Of a stretch of 64,000 nt of DNA, positions 21,956-32,476 are shown piece by piece; the first letter of the stretch is position 1, and each line of letters starts with the position of its first letter. This DNA comes from Methanocaldococcus indicus (GTDB lineage Archaea > AGJL01 > Methanococci > Methanococcales > Methanocaldococcaceae). The notes under the pieces were generated by a model, which saw only the letters and a list, made by a program, of their open reading frames with translations, ran no database searches and was not told where the DNA came from. The position numbers and the translations under genes are program-made. The stretch is taken from NCBI RefSeq assembly GCF_049554935.1, contig NZ_CP186926.1, positions 608,001-672,000 on the forward strand, written 5' to 3'.

Positions 21956-23797
21956 ATTCTTCCAAATTATTTTTCCTGTATCTTTATGTTTCTTAAATGG
22001 AAGTTCTATCTTTTTTAATGTTTCAATAAATCTTTGCACATCTCTATTTTCAAAACTATCTTTATTTATCAGAAAGTCATAGTATTCATCTGCCAACTTT
22101 ATAAATTTTAAGTTATACTGTTCAGCTACATTCTTAATTCCTAAACCAATATCTGCCTTTTTCATAGCAATAGCTCTTGCAACTGCTGAATGTGTCTTAC
22201 TTTCTATATTGTATCCATTAATTCTATTTTTGTCAATATTATGCTCTTTCAAAAACTTATCAAACAAAATCCTTGTCCCAGAACCTTTATTTCTATTTAT
22301 AAATTTTAAATTATAAATATTTTTTAAGATATCTTCTATACTCTCTATATTTAAATCCTCTCTAAACATGAATCCTTGTTCTCTAATATATCCTCCAACT
22401 AAATAACCTCTAACTTTGTATCTCTCTAAAAATGGGATATTATATAAATTAGTTTTTTCATCCAATAAATGTATTCCTGCAATATCCGCTTCTCCCCTTT
22501 TTATAGAGAATATTCCACCTAATGAACCAGCATTTATAGTTTTTGCATAAATCTTAGCTTCTCTTAAAATTAAATCTATTCCTATGCAGTGGCTACCTAT
22601 AATATTTAATCCTTCTTTAACATTTCCAAATAAATGAACTTCAACATCTTCATTTTCCAAAATCTCTCTATTCTCATCTATTACTATATATCCATCTGCC
22701 TCAGATAGAGATGTTATAGCTCCACTACCCTTAGTTATTGGATATGCTTTATCTTTTGCTAAAATAACAGGTAAGAATTCTTTCCTTCCTTTGGCAGATA
22801 TGTATCTTAATGGAAAATGAGCTTTTACAACATTTTTCTCATCTCCAAATAGAATATCAAAGATGGTTAAGCATGATGTTGGATATCCAGGCAAACCAAC
22901 AACTAATTTATTATTTACAGTTCCTATTATTGTTGGCTTACCAGGTTTTACTTTCAATCCATGTATTAAGATTTTTCCTCCAAGCTCTTTTATAGCCCTT
23001 TCTGTTAAATCTCCTTCTCCTGCAGAAGTTCCCCCAGAGATAAGAACTATATCACAACTTTCAAGGGCTTTTTTTATTCTCTCTTTTATATCTTCAATGT
23101 TGTCCTTAGCTATGCCAAAAAACTCATATTTGTATCCTAAATAATTAATATAGCTCATTAAAGTGTAACTATTTACATCATAAATTTTTCCTTCTTTCAA
23201 CTTTTCTGTTGGTGGAATTAACTCATTACCAGAGGAAATAATTCCAAATTTCAAAGTTTTAAAGACCTTTACCTTTCTTTTTCCTATTGCAGCTAAAACA
23301 CCTATATCTCTTGGTGTTAATCTTGTATATTTTCTTAAAACTAATTCTCCAGCCATTATATCTGAGCCAGTGAATTGAATATTCTCCATTGGAGCAACTG
23401 CTTTATAAATTTTAACTATATTGTTATCTCTTTCAGTATATTCAACCATTACAACAGCATTAGCACCTTTTGGAACCATAGCTCCTGTAGATATTTCGAC
23501 ACATTCTCCCCTTTTAATTGAAATATCTTTAACATCTCCTGCTTTTATACAATCAACTACTTTTAAAGTTATTGGATTATCTTCATCTGCCTCATAAGTG
23601 TCTTCTGCTCTCACAGCATAACCATCCATAACAGCCCTATCAAAAGGAGGAATATCAACATCTGAAAAAATATCCTCAGCTAAAATCTTATTAACTGATT
23701 TTTCTATCTCTATTTCCTCAACATCTTTAAAAATATATCTATTGACTATTTCTTTTGCTTTCTCTATACTTTCCAATTTTAAAAATCTTTTTTTCAT
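21947..23797 (-). CDS. moeA: Molybdopterin Mo/W-transferase MoeA fused to a PBP domain
   Basis: [23 protein letters not shown], then GSHC / [12 protein letters not shown] domain. Confidence 0.92.
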   Translation of the reverse strand: MKKRFLKLESIEKAKEIVNRYIFKDVEEIEIEKSVNKILAEDIFSDVDIPPFDRAVMDGYAVRAEDTYEADEDNPITLKVVDCIKAGDVKDISIKRGECVEISTGAMVPKGANAVVMVEYTERDNNIVKIYKAVAPMENIQFTGSDIMAGELVLRKYTRLTPRDIGVLAAIGKRKVKVFKTLKFGIISSGNELIPPTEKLKEGKIYDVNSYTLMSYINYLGYKYEFFGIAKDNIEDIKERIKKALESCDIVLISGGTSAGEGDLTERAIKELGGKILIHGLKVKPGKPTIIGTVNNKLVVGLPGYPTSCLTIFDILFGDEKNVVKAHFPLRYISAKGRKEFLPVILAKDKAYPITKGSGAITSLSEADGYIVIDENREILENEDVEVHLFGNVKEGLNIIGSHCIGIDLILREAKIYAKTINAGSLGGIFSIKRGEADIAGIHLLDEKTNLYNIPFLERYKVRGYLVGGYIREQGFMFREDLNIESIEDILKNIYNLKFINRNKGSGTRILFDKFLKEHNIDKNRINGYNIESKTHSAVARAIAMKKADIGLGIKNVAEQYNLKFIKLADEYYDFLINKDSFENRDVQRFIETLKKIELPFKKHKDTGKIIWKNLD

Positions 23798-24444
23798 TTT
23801 CTCACTACTTTAAATCTTCCAGCAGAAGAATAGAGAGGATAAACTTCAATAATATTCTCTAAAAATCTTTTTGTATATGTATTTTCTCCATGAATAAATA
23901 TCTCTCCCAAATCTTCAACAGTATTTATATCAACTGAGATATAAAAAGAATCATATACATAATACTTTAAATTTCTTTTTTTTGCTTCTTCTAAATGCTT
24001 TAAAAAGCTAAAACCTTCATATCTCAATTTTATAGTGTCTTTGTCCTTTAAATATAGTAGGTTAGTTCCTCCACCTCTTGAAGGTGAAATAATTAAATCA
24101 TAGTTTTTAGAGAGTTTTATAACATCTTCTATATTCTTTTTTTTGATTAAAGGAATATCAGCAGGAATAACTAAAATATTGTTTTTAACTACTTCAAAAG
24201 CTTGATAAAGTGCATTATTTAATCCAGAAGATTTCTCTTTAATAATATCTACTTTTAATTCTTCCTTAGCAAAATTTAAAATTTTTTCATCTTTACTAAC
24301 AATATACACATTCAAATTATCTAAAACTTTTGTTATATCTCTTAGCATATTAAAAATTAGCTCTTTTCTTTCTACCTCTGTTAGAAAATTTGATAATCTT
24401 GTTTTTAAGTTGTTTAAAGGTGAGACAGGAATTATGACATTCAT
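23794..24444 (-). CDS. cofC: 2-phospho-L-lactate guanylyltransferase
   Basis: [29 protein letters not shown]. Confidence 0.92.
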   Translation of the reverse strand: MNVIIPVSPLNNLKTRLSNFLTEVERKELIFNMLRDITKVLDNLNVYIVSKDEKILNFAKEELKVDIIKEKSSGLNNALYQAFEVVKNNILVIPADIPLIKKKNIEDVIKLSKNYDLIISPSRGGGTNLLYLKDKDTIKLRYEGFSFLKHLEEAKKRNLKYYVYDSFYISVDINTVEDLGEIFIHGENTYTKRFLENIIEVYPLYSSAGRFKVVRK

Positions 24445-25478
24445 CTTTTCCCTTCTAATAATAGTTTGAAGTATTCTATTGATTCATTAGTTCCCAAGAC
24501 ATATAAAATATCTCCTTCTTTTATTATAAATTCTGGACTGGGATTTATAAAGAATTCATCTCCTCTTTTAATTCCAACTATTGTAGCTCCAGTTCTTCTT
24601 CTAATATTTGCCTCTTTAATTGATTTATTTACTAATGGTGAATTTTTATTTACAACAAACTTCTCTAAATGAATATCTTCATTATACTCTTCCTTAGCTA
24701 CTTTTAAAAATGTCCTCAGAAAATCTAAAATTCCTGGCCTTGTTGAAACAACAGCCATTCTTAGGCCTCCTAATAAATAAGGAGATACAATTTTATTAGC
24801 ACCTGCAACTTTTAATTTTTTTATAGATTCTCTTTCATTGGCCTTAGCAACAACTTCAATTTTTGGATTTAGTTCTTTAGCTGTCAATGTTAAAAATACA
24901 TTATCAGCATCTGTTGGTAAAACAGCTAATAGGCATTTAGCTTTATCTATCTTTGCTTTTTTAAGAATATCTTCTTTTGTAGCATCACCAACAATATATA
25001 CAAATTTGTCAGGCTGTTTTTCAAACTCTTCTTTTAAAATTTCTTCATTTTTATCTATTGCTATAAAAGAAATATTTTCTTTTAAAAATTTATCCCCTAT
25101 AACTTTTCCCATCTTACCATATCCACAAATAATATAATGATTTTCCATTTTTTTTAATTTGCTGGCCATACTTTTCATTTTAATCAGCTCTCTAAATTTT
25201 CCCTCCACTATAAATTCTGTAATAATTGAAAAAAGATACATTACAATTCCTACTCCTAAAATCAAATAAATAATAGTTAATATCTTTCCTAATTGTGTTT
25301 TTGGAGTAAAATCACCATAACCAGTTGTAGTTATTGTTATTACACTAAAATAGAGTGCATCAAAAAAGTCAATATGTTCTATAATACTTATTAAGTAGGC
25401 ATAAGTTAGTATAAGTAATATAGAGAAAAATAAAACACCAATCAATTTTTTTATAGTTTCTTTATAATAGACATCCAA
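24441..25478 (-). CDS. Potassium channel with RCK (TrkA-N/TrkA-C) domains
   Basis: TTTGYGD filter, 2 TM helices, HYIICGYGKMG; start moved to TTG 25478 after GGTGG. Confidence 0.92.
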   Translation of the reverse strand: MDVYYKETIKKLIGVLFFSILLILTYAYLISIIEHIDFFDALYFSVITITTTGYGDFTPKTQLGKILTIIYLILGVGIVMYLFSIITEFIVEGKFRELIKMKSMASKLKKMENHYIICGYGKMGKVIGDKFLKENISFIAIDKNEEILKEEFEKQPDKFVYIVGDATKEDILKKAKIDKAKCLLAVLPTDADNVFLTLTAKELNPKIEVVAKANERESIKKLKVAGANKIVSPYLLGGLRMAVVSTRPGILDFLRTFLKVAKEEYNEDIHLEKFVVNKNSPLVNKSIKEANIRRRTGATIVGIKRGDEFFINPSPEFIIKEGDILYVLGTNESIEYFKLLLEGKR

Positions 25479-25574
25479 ATAACCACCAAAAATAAAGATA
25501 GTTTTTAAATATAGCATCTAATTATAAATGTTAAATGATTATACAATATATAAAATTATCTTAGGTGAGAGTAG

Positions 25575-26792
25575 ATGAGAAATATATTCATAAAAAAGTT
25601 AAATTGTAAGCCAATTGAAGAAAATGAGATAGAAATAGTAGAAAGAAAAGGTTTAGGGCATCCTGACTCTATAGCTGATGGTATAGCTGAGAGTGTTAGT
25701 AGAGAGTTATGTAAAATGTATAAAGAGAAATTTGGAACTATTTTGCACCACAATACTGACCAAGTTGAAGTTGTTGGAGGACATGCATATCCAAAATTTG
25801 GCGGAGGAGAGATGGTTACTCCAATATATATCCTATTATCTGGAAGAGCTACAATGCAAATTGTAGATGAAAATGGAAATATAACAAAGCTACCAGTTGG
25901 AACAGTTGCTGTTAAAGCTGCTAAGGAATATTTAAAAAAAGTTATTAGAAATTTAGATGTAGATAAGGATGTAATTGTTGATTGTAGAATTGGGCAGGGT
26001 AGTGTTGATTTAGTAGATGTCTTTGAGAGACAAAAAGATAAAATTCCATTAGCAAATGATACCTCTTTTGGTGTAGGTTATGCTCCTTTATCAACAACTG
26101 AAAAATTAGTTTTAGAGACAGAAAAATTATTAAATAGTGAAGAAACAAAAAAAGAAATTCCTGCCTTGGGAGAAGATATAAAAGTTATGGGTTTGAGAGA
26201 AGGAAAAAAAATAACTCTCACAATTGCTGCTGCAATTGTTGATAAGTATGTTAATAATATAGAGGAGTATAAAGAAGTTATAAACAAAATTAAGAAGAAA
26301 GTAGAAGAACTATCAAAAAAGATAGCTAATGGTTATGAAGTAGAGATTTGTGTAAATACTGCTGATGACTATGAAAGAGAATCAGTTTATATAACTGTTA
26401 CAGGAACATCTGCTGAGATGGGTGATGATGGTTCAGTAGGTAGAGGTAATAGAGTAAATGGTTTAATAACCCCATTTAGACCTATGAGTATGGAAGCAGC
26501 AAGTGGTAAAAATCCTGTTAATCATGTAGGAAAGATATACAATGTCTTAGCTAATTTAATAGCAAATGATATAGCTAAGTTAGAGGGAGTTAAAGAGTGT
26601 TATGTAAGAATTCTAAGCCAAATAGGAAAGCCAATCAATGAACCAAAAGCTTTAGATATTGAGTTAATTGTTGACGATAATGTTAATTTTAAAGATATAG
26701 AAGAGAAAGCTAAAGAAATTGCAAATAGATGGTTAGATAATATATTAGAAGTTAGAGATATGATAGTTGAAGGAAAAATAAACACCTTTTAA
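25575..26792 (+). CDS. mat: S-adenosylmethionine synthetase, archaeal type
   Basis: [36 protein letters not shown]. Confidence 0.96.
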   Translation: MRNIFIKKLNCKPIEENEIEIVERKGLGHPDSIADGIAESVSRELCKMYKEKFGTILHHNTDQVEVVGGHAYPKFGGGEMVTPIYILLSGRATMQIVDENGNITKLPVGTVAVKAAKEYLKKVIRNLDVDKDVIVDCRIGQGSVDLVDVFERQKDKIPLANDTSFGVGYAPLSTTEKLVLETEKLLNSEETKKEIPALGEDIKVMGLREGKKITLTIAAAIVDKYVNNIEEYKEVINKIKKKVEELSKKIANGYEVEICVNTADDYERESVYITVTGTSAEMGDDGSVGRGNRVNGLITPFRPMSMEAASGKNPVNHVGKIYNVLANLIANDIAKLEGVKECYVRILSQIGKPINEPKALDIELIVDDNVNFKDIEEKAKEIANRWLDNILEVRDMIVEGKINTF

Positions 26793-26842
26793 AACCTTTA
26801 TTTTTTAAACAACAATATTTATGTATTTGGATTAATAAAATA

Positions 26843-26865
26843 GAAAAGTATTTATAGAACTTCTA
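26843..26865 (+). promoter_or_regulatory. BRE/TATA of gamma-prefoldin with an abutting palindrome
   Basis: GAAAAG-TA-TTTATA followed by TAGAACTTCTA (26855-26865). Confidence 0.5.
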
Positions 26866-26911
26866 AGTAATACATATATTAGGAATAAAAAGGATAAAAA
26901 GGTGATAAAAA

Positions 26912-27346
26912 ATGGTAGAAGGAAGAAATATAGATGTCAATGAAATAGTGAGAGCTTATGTATCACAAATAGAAGGAATTAGAGCAGAAATTGCAAAATT
27001 AGATGCTGCTGTATCTGCATTAAGACAATCATTAGCAACATTAAGAAGCTTAAAAAGCTTAGGAGAAGGAAAAGTAGTTTTAGTCCCAGTAGGTAGTATA
27101 GCACAAGTAGAAATGAAAATAGAAAAGTTAGATAAAATAGTAGTATCCATTGGACAAAATATTTCAGCAGAATTAGAGTATGAAGAAGCTTTAAAATACA
27201 TTGAAGAAGAAATAAATAAATTATTAGCAGCAAGATTAATTTTAGAACAAACAATAGCTGAGTTATACACAAAAATTGAAGAAGAAATAAACAAACTACA
27301 AGAAGAAGAAACAAAAGAAGAGGAAGAAAATGCTAAAGAAGAGTAA
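26912..27346 (+). CDS. Gamma-prefoldin (alpha-class, filament-forming)
   Basis: Coiled coil - two beta hairpins (VLVPVGSIAQVEM, IVVSIGQNISAE) - coiled coil; nearly co-linear with M. jannaschii gamma-PFD as recalled. Confidence 0.9.
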   Translation: MVEGRNIDVNEIVRAYVSQIEGIRAEIAKLDAAVSALRQSLATLRSLKSLGEGKVVLVPVGSIAQVEMKIEKLDKIVVSIGQNISAELEYEEALKYIEEEINKLLAARLILEQTIAELYTKIEEEINKLQEEETKEEEENAKEE

Positions 27347-27485
27347 GGAAGAGATTATTAACTTTATTAAATCTCTTCCTGAAAATAGAAAAATTTTTAT
27401 TAATCTTTTTGGACTTTGGATAGAAGTGAGTAAAGAGGAGGCTATAAAGTTTATAGAAGAAAGTTATAAAGAAAATAATAAATAA
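27330..27485 (+). CDS. 51-aa prefoldin-hairpin-like small protein (absent from the ORF track)
   Basis: MLKKSKEEIINFIKSLPENRKIFINLFGLWIEVSKEEAIKFIEESYKENNK; GAGG 6 nt before ATG; 17-nt overlap with gamma-PFD; fills the gap up to the tRNA promoter. Confidence 0.75.
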   Translation: MLKKSKEEIINFIKSLPENRKIFINLFGLWIEVSKEEAIKFIEESYKENNK

Positions 27486-27502
27486 ATTTAAATTCTTTTA
27501 TA

Positions 27503-27515
27503 GAAAATTTTATAT
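27503..27515 (+). promoter_or_regulatory. BRE/TATA promoter of tRNA-Leu
   Basis: GAAAA-TTTATATA about 40 nt upstream of the mature tRNA. Confidence 0.6.
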
Positions 27516-27555
27516 AATTAACCTGTTTATTAATATTTTTGCTCTTTTATATTGA

Positions 27556-27643
27556 GCGGGGGTCGCCAAGCCTGGCCAAAGGCGCTGGATTGAGGGTCCA
27601 GTCCCGCAGGGGTTCGCGGGTTCAAATCCCGTCCCCCGCACCA
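27556..27643 (+). tRNA. tRNA-Leu (anticodon GAG), CCA encoded, no intron
   Basis: Acceptor GCGGGGG/TCCCCGC-type pairing, anticodon arm CTGGA-TTGAGGG-TCCAG, long variable arm, GGTTCAAATCC, 3' ACCA. Confidence 0.96.
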
Positions 27644-27645
27644 TA

Positions 27646-27663
27646 TTTTTTTGTTAATTTTTT
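27646..27663 (+). terminator. Oligo-T terminator after the tRNA
   Basis: T7 at 27646-27652 followed by T6. Confidence 0.55.
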
Positions 27664-27690
27664 GTGTTATGTGGTGCTATATTATGACAT

Positions 27691-27870
27691 AATATTTATA
27701 TAATAATTATGATAAATTATAATATTTATATAATAATTATGATAAATTATAATATTTATATAATAATTATGATAAATTATAATATTTATATAATAATTAT
27801 GATAAATTATAATATTTATATAATAATTATGATAAATTATAATATTTATATAATAATTATGATAAATTAT
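27691..27870. repeat. Perfect tandem repeat, 6 x 30 bp
   Basis: Unit AATATTTATATAATAATTATGATAAATTAT repeated six times with no spacers or mismatches. Confidence 0.98.
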
Positions 27871-27906
27871 ATATAATACCATTTGAAACATTAATAGGTG
27901 TATAAT

Positions 27907-28623
27907 ATGAGAGAGTGTGATAAAATTATCCACAATCTTGAATCATTCAATAATATAAATGAAATTTTAGACTACCTTAGAAAAGAAATAGAAAAAAGTA
28001 ACAATGGACTCCTATTAAAATATATATTAGCTTCTTATTTAGAGAGTTTAGGACAAATTGAAGAAGCAATTAATATATATAAAGAGATTATTAATAAATA
28101 TGAAAAGGCATTAATCGCAAGACTTAGATTAGCTGAGATATATAGACATAGAGGAGAATATAAAGAAGCTATTGAACTTTATAAAGAACTAATAGAAAAA
28201 ACACCTAACTGTATATATTCATATTATGGACTTTCATCTATATGTTATCATACGGGTAATTTAGATAGAGCATTGGAATATATAAATAAATGTTTAGAAA
28301 TCTATCCAAACTTTTTAGCAGCAAGAATATTAAAAGGAAAAATATTGTTATATCTTGGTAAGTTATCTGCTGCAATAGTAGAGTTTCATGAAGCTTTAAA
28401 ACAAAATCCTCATGAATGTGAAGCCTTATATCATTTAGGGCTAATTCATCTAAAACTTAAAGAATATGATGAAGCTCTTGAAAAATTTGAAATGATATTA
28501 AATAGAACTCCATACCATATAGGGGCATTATTTGGAAAAGCTTTAGTTTTAGAGAAAAAAGGATTAGTTGCAGAAGCTTTAGAAATATATAATAAAGCTT
28601 TAAACAGATATATAGAAAAATAA
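27907..28623 (+). CDS. Tetratricopeptide repeat protein
   Basis: About six TPR motifs; AGGTG RBS precedes ATG 27907. Confidence 0.88.
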   Translation: MRECDKIIHNLESFNNINEILDYLRKEIEKSNNGLLLKYILASYLESLGQIEEAINIYKEIINKYEKALIARLRLAEIYRHRGEYKEAIELYKELIEKTPNCIYSYYGLSSICYHTGNLDRALEYINKCLEIYPNFLAARILKGKILLYLGKLSAAIVEFHEALKQNPHECEALYHLGLIHLKLKEYDEALEKFEMILNRTPYHIGALFGKALVLEKKGLVAEALEIYNKALNRYIEK

Positions 28624-28630
28624 ATTTTAT

Positions 28631-28930
28631 TTATTTTTCCAAAACAGATTTTATTTTTCTCTCTATTGAATTTTCTTTATCTTTTCTCTCATCAATTCTA
28701 ATCTGGCTAACAACTCTATCAACATCTTCCAAAACTTTTTTATGAGCTTCATAATAAGCTTTTAAAATTTCTTTCATGTCCCCCTCCAATATTGTTCCCA
28801 TAGCAGTTAGTTCAACTTTTAAGTTATATTTTTTAAAGATGTCATAAGCTTTTTTTATATATTTGGACACACTTGCTCCTTCTCCTAAAGGAATTATAAC
28901 AACCTCTGCAACTACTTTCATATTTATCAC
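28631..28930 (-). CDS. MTH1187 family thiamine-binding protein
   Basis: IIPLG..SVSKYI, TAMGTILEG, RIDERKDK. Confidence 0.9.
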   Translation of the reverse strand: MINMKVVAEVVIIPLGEGASVSKYIKKAYDIFKKYNLKVELTAMGTILEGDMKEILKAYYEAHKKVLEDVDRVVSQIRIDERKDKENSIERKIKSVLEK

Positions 28931-30303
28931 TTTAAAAATTCTGATAACATAACTTCAACAGAAAAACTTGCTCTTGTTATTCCCATACTTCTTGGGTCTG
29001 CATCTGTTCCAACAACATAAAAATTATCTGAAATTTTAGGATATACAAAAAATTGATTTATATGGCATGATGCCTGTTCAGGAATATATCTCTGTATATG
29101 TAAAAAGTCCTGACTTTCAACATCAATATTTAAGTATTTATTTATAGCTTCATAGGCATCTTTTTCTTTCATCCTTACAAAAGATACACCTATTAAAGAT
29201 TTTCCTTTTTTTGTTAGTGTTTTATCATAGTTAGATATACATTTAGCCCATGCTGGTGGATTAATCCAGATTTCAGAACCTTTATATTTAAGGGGATTTT
29301 TATTTTCATCTACAGAGAACCAAACAGTTAAAGAATCTGATTGCTTAATACTTCTAAGTTTATCCTCTATACTTTTTATTTCATCAATTTTAGCAATATC
29401 TGGCAAATTTTTTGATGGAGCTGAATAAATAATTTTATCAACTGTATAGTTATCCTCTGTTGTTGTTATTATATATTTATTACTTTCCTTTTCAATTCTA
29501 ATTACTTCCTCAAAAACAATTTTAGTTTTGTTTAAGCTATTAACTATACAGTTGGTTATACTTTGAATTCCTCCTAATGGATAACCCTGTGTAGAGTACT
29601 TCTCCCCAGATATAAATTTAGATAAATATTTTTTTGAACTATCTTTTATTGTTTTTAAAAATCCATTTTTTAGTATTGTTTTTAATTTATCAGGATGTAT
29701 CTTTTTTATCAATGAAGATTTTAAGGGATTAATTTTAAAATTTTCTTTATATATAAATGGAAGTATATCATCCTCAGGAATATATCCAGCTCCTGTAAAT
29801 AATCTCCAAAGTGGTGTATTCTTCATATTTTCTCCTGAAAGAAATAAACATATAGTATTAAAAAACTTTATAGTAGTATCTGAAAGATTTAAATCTTTGA
29901 TAACATCATATACAGAGATATTTTTCTCAAAACCAGTAGTTAGTAAATCAATCATTTTAGATATTATTAAAGCTTTATCTTTTTTAGGAATTACTGGAAA
30001 TGTTATCCAATCATCCAAAGATACAGGAATCTCATATAAACCATTTTCTCTTATATAGTAAGAGCCATAAGGTTGGAAATTTGGCATATAGTAAGAATAT
30101 TTTTTTAATAACCTTATAAGAGGCCCATTGTTTAGCATAGTTATAGCATGAACTCCAGTATCTACTTGGTAACCATCTACTCTATAACTCCTACATAATC
30201 CTCCTAATTTATCTTTTTCAAATAATATAACATCATATCCCTCCCTTTCCAAAGCCAAAGCAGACAATAACCCAGAAATCCCCCCACCAATAACTCCAAT
30301 CAT
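28927..30303 (-). CDS. FAD-dependent oxidoreductase, phytoene desaturase/amine oxidase superfamily
   Basis: GGGISGL, EK..LGG..RSY..DGYQVDTGVH, YPLGGIQSI. Confidence 0.8.
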   Translation of the reverse strand: MIGVIGGGISGLLSALALEREGYDVILFEKDKLGGLCRSYRVDGYQVDTGVHAITMLNNGPLIRLLKKYSYYMPNFQPYGSYYIRENGLYEIPVSLDDWITFPVIPKKDKALIISKMIDLLTTGFEKNISVYDVIKDLNLSDTTIKFFNTICLFLSGENMKNTPLWRLFTGAGYIPEDDILPFIYKENFKINPLKSSLIKKIHPDKLKTILKNGFLKTIKDSSKKYLSKFISGEKYSTQGYPLGGIQSITNCIVNSLNKTKIVFEEVIRIEKESNKYIITTTEDNYTVDKIIYSAPSKNLPDIAKIDEIKSIEDKLRSIKQSDSLTVWFSVDENKNPLKYKGSEIWINPPAWAKCISNYDKTLTKKGKSLIGVSFVRMKEKDAYEAINKYLNIDVESQDFLHIQRYIPEQASCHINQFFVYPKISDNFYVVGTDADPRSMGITRASFSVEVMLSEFLK

Positions 30304-31088
30304 TTTTCCAGCTCTTCAATAATTTTTAAAGATTCTAAGTCATTGTATTTCTTAGCTAAGCTTTTTAGTTCTTTCAATATTTTTAATTTTTTATATGTCA
30401 ATGAATATAATTCTCTACAATAAATTACAATCTCTCTATAAAATTTCTCTAAAATTTCTTTATTGTATTTAGAGAGTTCATAAGCCAACAAACCTTTAAT
30501 TACTTCATCACTTGAAAATAAAAAAACTGGATGTATCCATAAAATAATTTTGTCCTCATCTTCTTCTATATAGTTCTCAACATTATTTTCATTCATAAAT
30601 ACATCCATATAGATATATAAGTCATGAGTTAAATACTCTCTAATATGTTGAGAGAGATTATTTGCTCTTGTATCAAATTCAACAATCTTGTCATCTAATT
30701 CATCCTCATCCAACTCAAACCATTTTAAAATTCTCTCTCTAAATTCCAAACTTTTATTTTGTTCTTGATGATAAATTTTATACTTTTTATTTATAAATTT
30801 ATATTCATTACTATCTTTTGAAGACAATGTAATAATTATTAGACCATCTTCATATTTTTTTAAATTAACACTTTTAATCCAGTACTCCCTTTCTTTAACT
30901 TCAAAATCTTCTAAATTCTCATAATCATCTAAATCTCTTATATAAAATCTTTTCCCATTTTTTCCTTTTAAGTAAAATCCTTTAAATTCTATATCTGCTA
31001 AATCTCCTCTAATTATATCTTTTGAAAATTCATCTAAATTTTTATATAAATCAATTAAAACCTTCTTAGCTAATTCTTTTGATTTCAT
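30300..31088 (-). CDS. Hypothetical protein, C-terminal degenerate zincin-like motif
   Basis: Long ORF coupled to its neighbours; IKGLLAYELSK. Confidence 0.7.
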   Translation of the reverse strand: MKSKELAKKVLIDLYKNLDEFSKDIIRGDLADIEFKGFYLKGKNGKRFYIRDLDDYENLEDFEVKEREYWIKSVNLKKYEDGLIIITLSSKDSNEYKFINKKYKIYHQEQNKSLEFRERILKWFELDEDELDDKIVEFDTRANNLSQHIREYLTHDLYIYMDVFMNENNVENYIEEDEDKIILWIHPVFLFSSDEVIKGLLAYELSKYNKEILEKFYREIVIYCRELYSLTYKKLKILKELKSLAKKYNDLESLKIIEELEK

Positions 31089-31571
31089 TTAACCACCTTC
31101 TCTTAAATACCAACCCTTATCTTTTATATTTTTTATCAATGTTCCATTATACTCTCCAATTCCTAAAAACTCTTTATTTTTGTTAAAAACAGCAATTCTT
31201 CCAAAACCTCTAACTTCAATTATAGAACTCTTAAATATATCCCTTCCATATAAAAATAGTTGTTCTCCTTTATCATTTATTATTGCATAGTTTTTAATTA
31301 TATATTTGGATATTAAAGTAAATCCTTCCAAACTTAACTTAAACTTTTTTCTTTTTATTTCTCCAAAAACATTCCCAACTGAGTATATATCATCAAATAA
31401 TTTAAGTTTTTCTTTTGTCTCTTTATTTGTATATAAAACAGTTATCCACTTGTTCTCTTGTGCAACTAAATTTCCATATTCAAAATTTTTGACATATTTT
31501 TTATTTGTATATCTCAATAACTCCTCTTTTATTTTATTTTTTTCAAAATCTTTTAACTCTCTCACTTTCAT
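31089..31571 (-). CDS. Nip7-like PUA-domain ribosome biogenesis protein
   Basis: [25 protein letters not shown]. Confidence 0.82.
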   Translation of the reverse strand: MKVRELKDFEKNKIKEELLRYTNKKYVKNFEYGNLVAQENKWITVLYTNKETKEKLKLFDDIYSVGNVFGEIKRKKFKLSLEGFTLISKYIIKNYAIINDKGEQLFLYGRDIFKSSIIEVRGFGRIAVFNKNKEFLGIGEYNGTLIKNIKDKGWYLREGG

Positions 31572-32476
31572 AATATCTCAAATATTTCCTTTGCTAATCT
31601 TATTTTATCTTCTAAACTTTTCATCAATATGTTTGTTGTATAAACCTCACACTCAATATAATTTTTTAACTCTTTATCTTTGTTATCTATAACCAAAATA
31701 TCCAAAAATTCTTTATAAACCTCATAAACACCTATTGCATTACTTTCATATCCCTTAGCTTTCATTAACTTCCCAGCAGGTCCAGAAACAGGAGAATCTC
31801 CTATAAATGGGGAAACTGCTAAAACTTTCTTATTTTTTAATATTTCATCATAGCCAACTGATAGTATTGGGGAAATAGAGGTTATTGGATTAGATGGTCC
31901 TATAATAACTGCTTTACTCTTTTTTATATCTTCAATAGCCTTATCTAATGGTTTTGCATATATTGAATTTTCATATATAACATCTATAACATCTACATCT
32001 CCCTTTCTTTTTATCCAGAAGTCATGGAACTTTAATAAATCTATTTTTCCATCTATATTAGCTAATATTTTTGTTTCAACTCTATCATCAGTCATAGGAT
32101 ATACTTTTTGTTTTATATTGAATAGTTTCCTTTCTATCTCCACAATCTCAGATAATTTATAGCCCTTTTTTAATAAATATGATTTATGCATTTTTAAAGC
32201 TCTATCTCTATCCCCTATCCTTAAAAATTCATCTATGCCATATTTTTTTAACAACTCATGAGTATAAAATGTATCATCTCTTACTCCATACCACACATCT
32301 TCATTAATTAAATCTGAAAGAGTATAAAGAACTGTATCAACATCAGGAGAAATATATAAGTCATTCATCCATAAATCTTCACCAGTATTTACAACAATTG
32401 AAAAATTATCACAAATATTTTTAAATCCTTGAATTAATTTTGGAGTTCCAGTTCCACCAGAAAAAATAGTTATCAT
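31568..32476 (-). CDS. cofD: 2-phospho-L-lactate transferase
   Basis: [33 protein letters not shown]. Confidence 0.95.
   Translation of the reverse strand: MITIFSGGTGTPKLIQGFKNICDNFSIVVNTGEDLWMNDLYISPDVDTVLYTLSDLINEDVWYGVRDDTFYTHELLKKYGIDEFLRIGDRDRALKMHKSYLLKKGYKLSEIVEIERKLFNIKQKVYPMTDDRVETKILANIDGKIDLLKFHDFWIKRKGDVDVIDVIYENSIYAKPLDKAIEDIKKSKAVIIGPSNPITSISPILSVGYDEILKNKKVLAVSPFIGDSPVSGPAGKLMKAKGYESNAIGVYEVYKEFLDILVIDNKDKELKNYIECEVYTTNILMKSLEDKIRLAKEIFEIL

Noticed and set aside
25140-25200. MthK-like internal start for a soluble RCK domain
   Set aside because: Met codons are present (KMKSM, KKMEN) but none has a convincing RBS at a suitable distance.
27691-27870. CRISPR array
   Set aside because: Units are contiguous with no spacers, lack the ATTGAAAC-type end, and no cas genes are nearby.
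27682-27933. 83-aa minus-strand ORF of IIYHNYYINI repeats
   Set aside because: By-product of the 30-bp tandem array; no RBS, and it overlaps the TPR gene start.
27556-28623. Integrated element at tRNA-Leu
   Set aside because: No integrase, and I saw no duplicated tRNA 3' end in the window.
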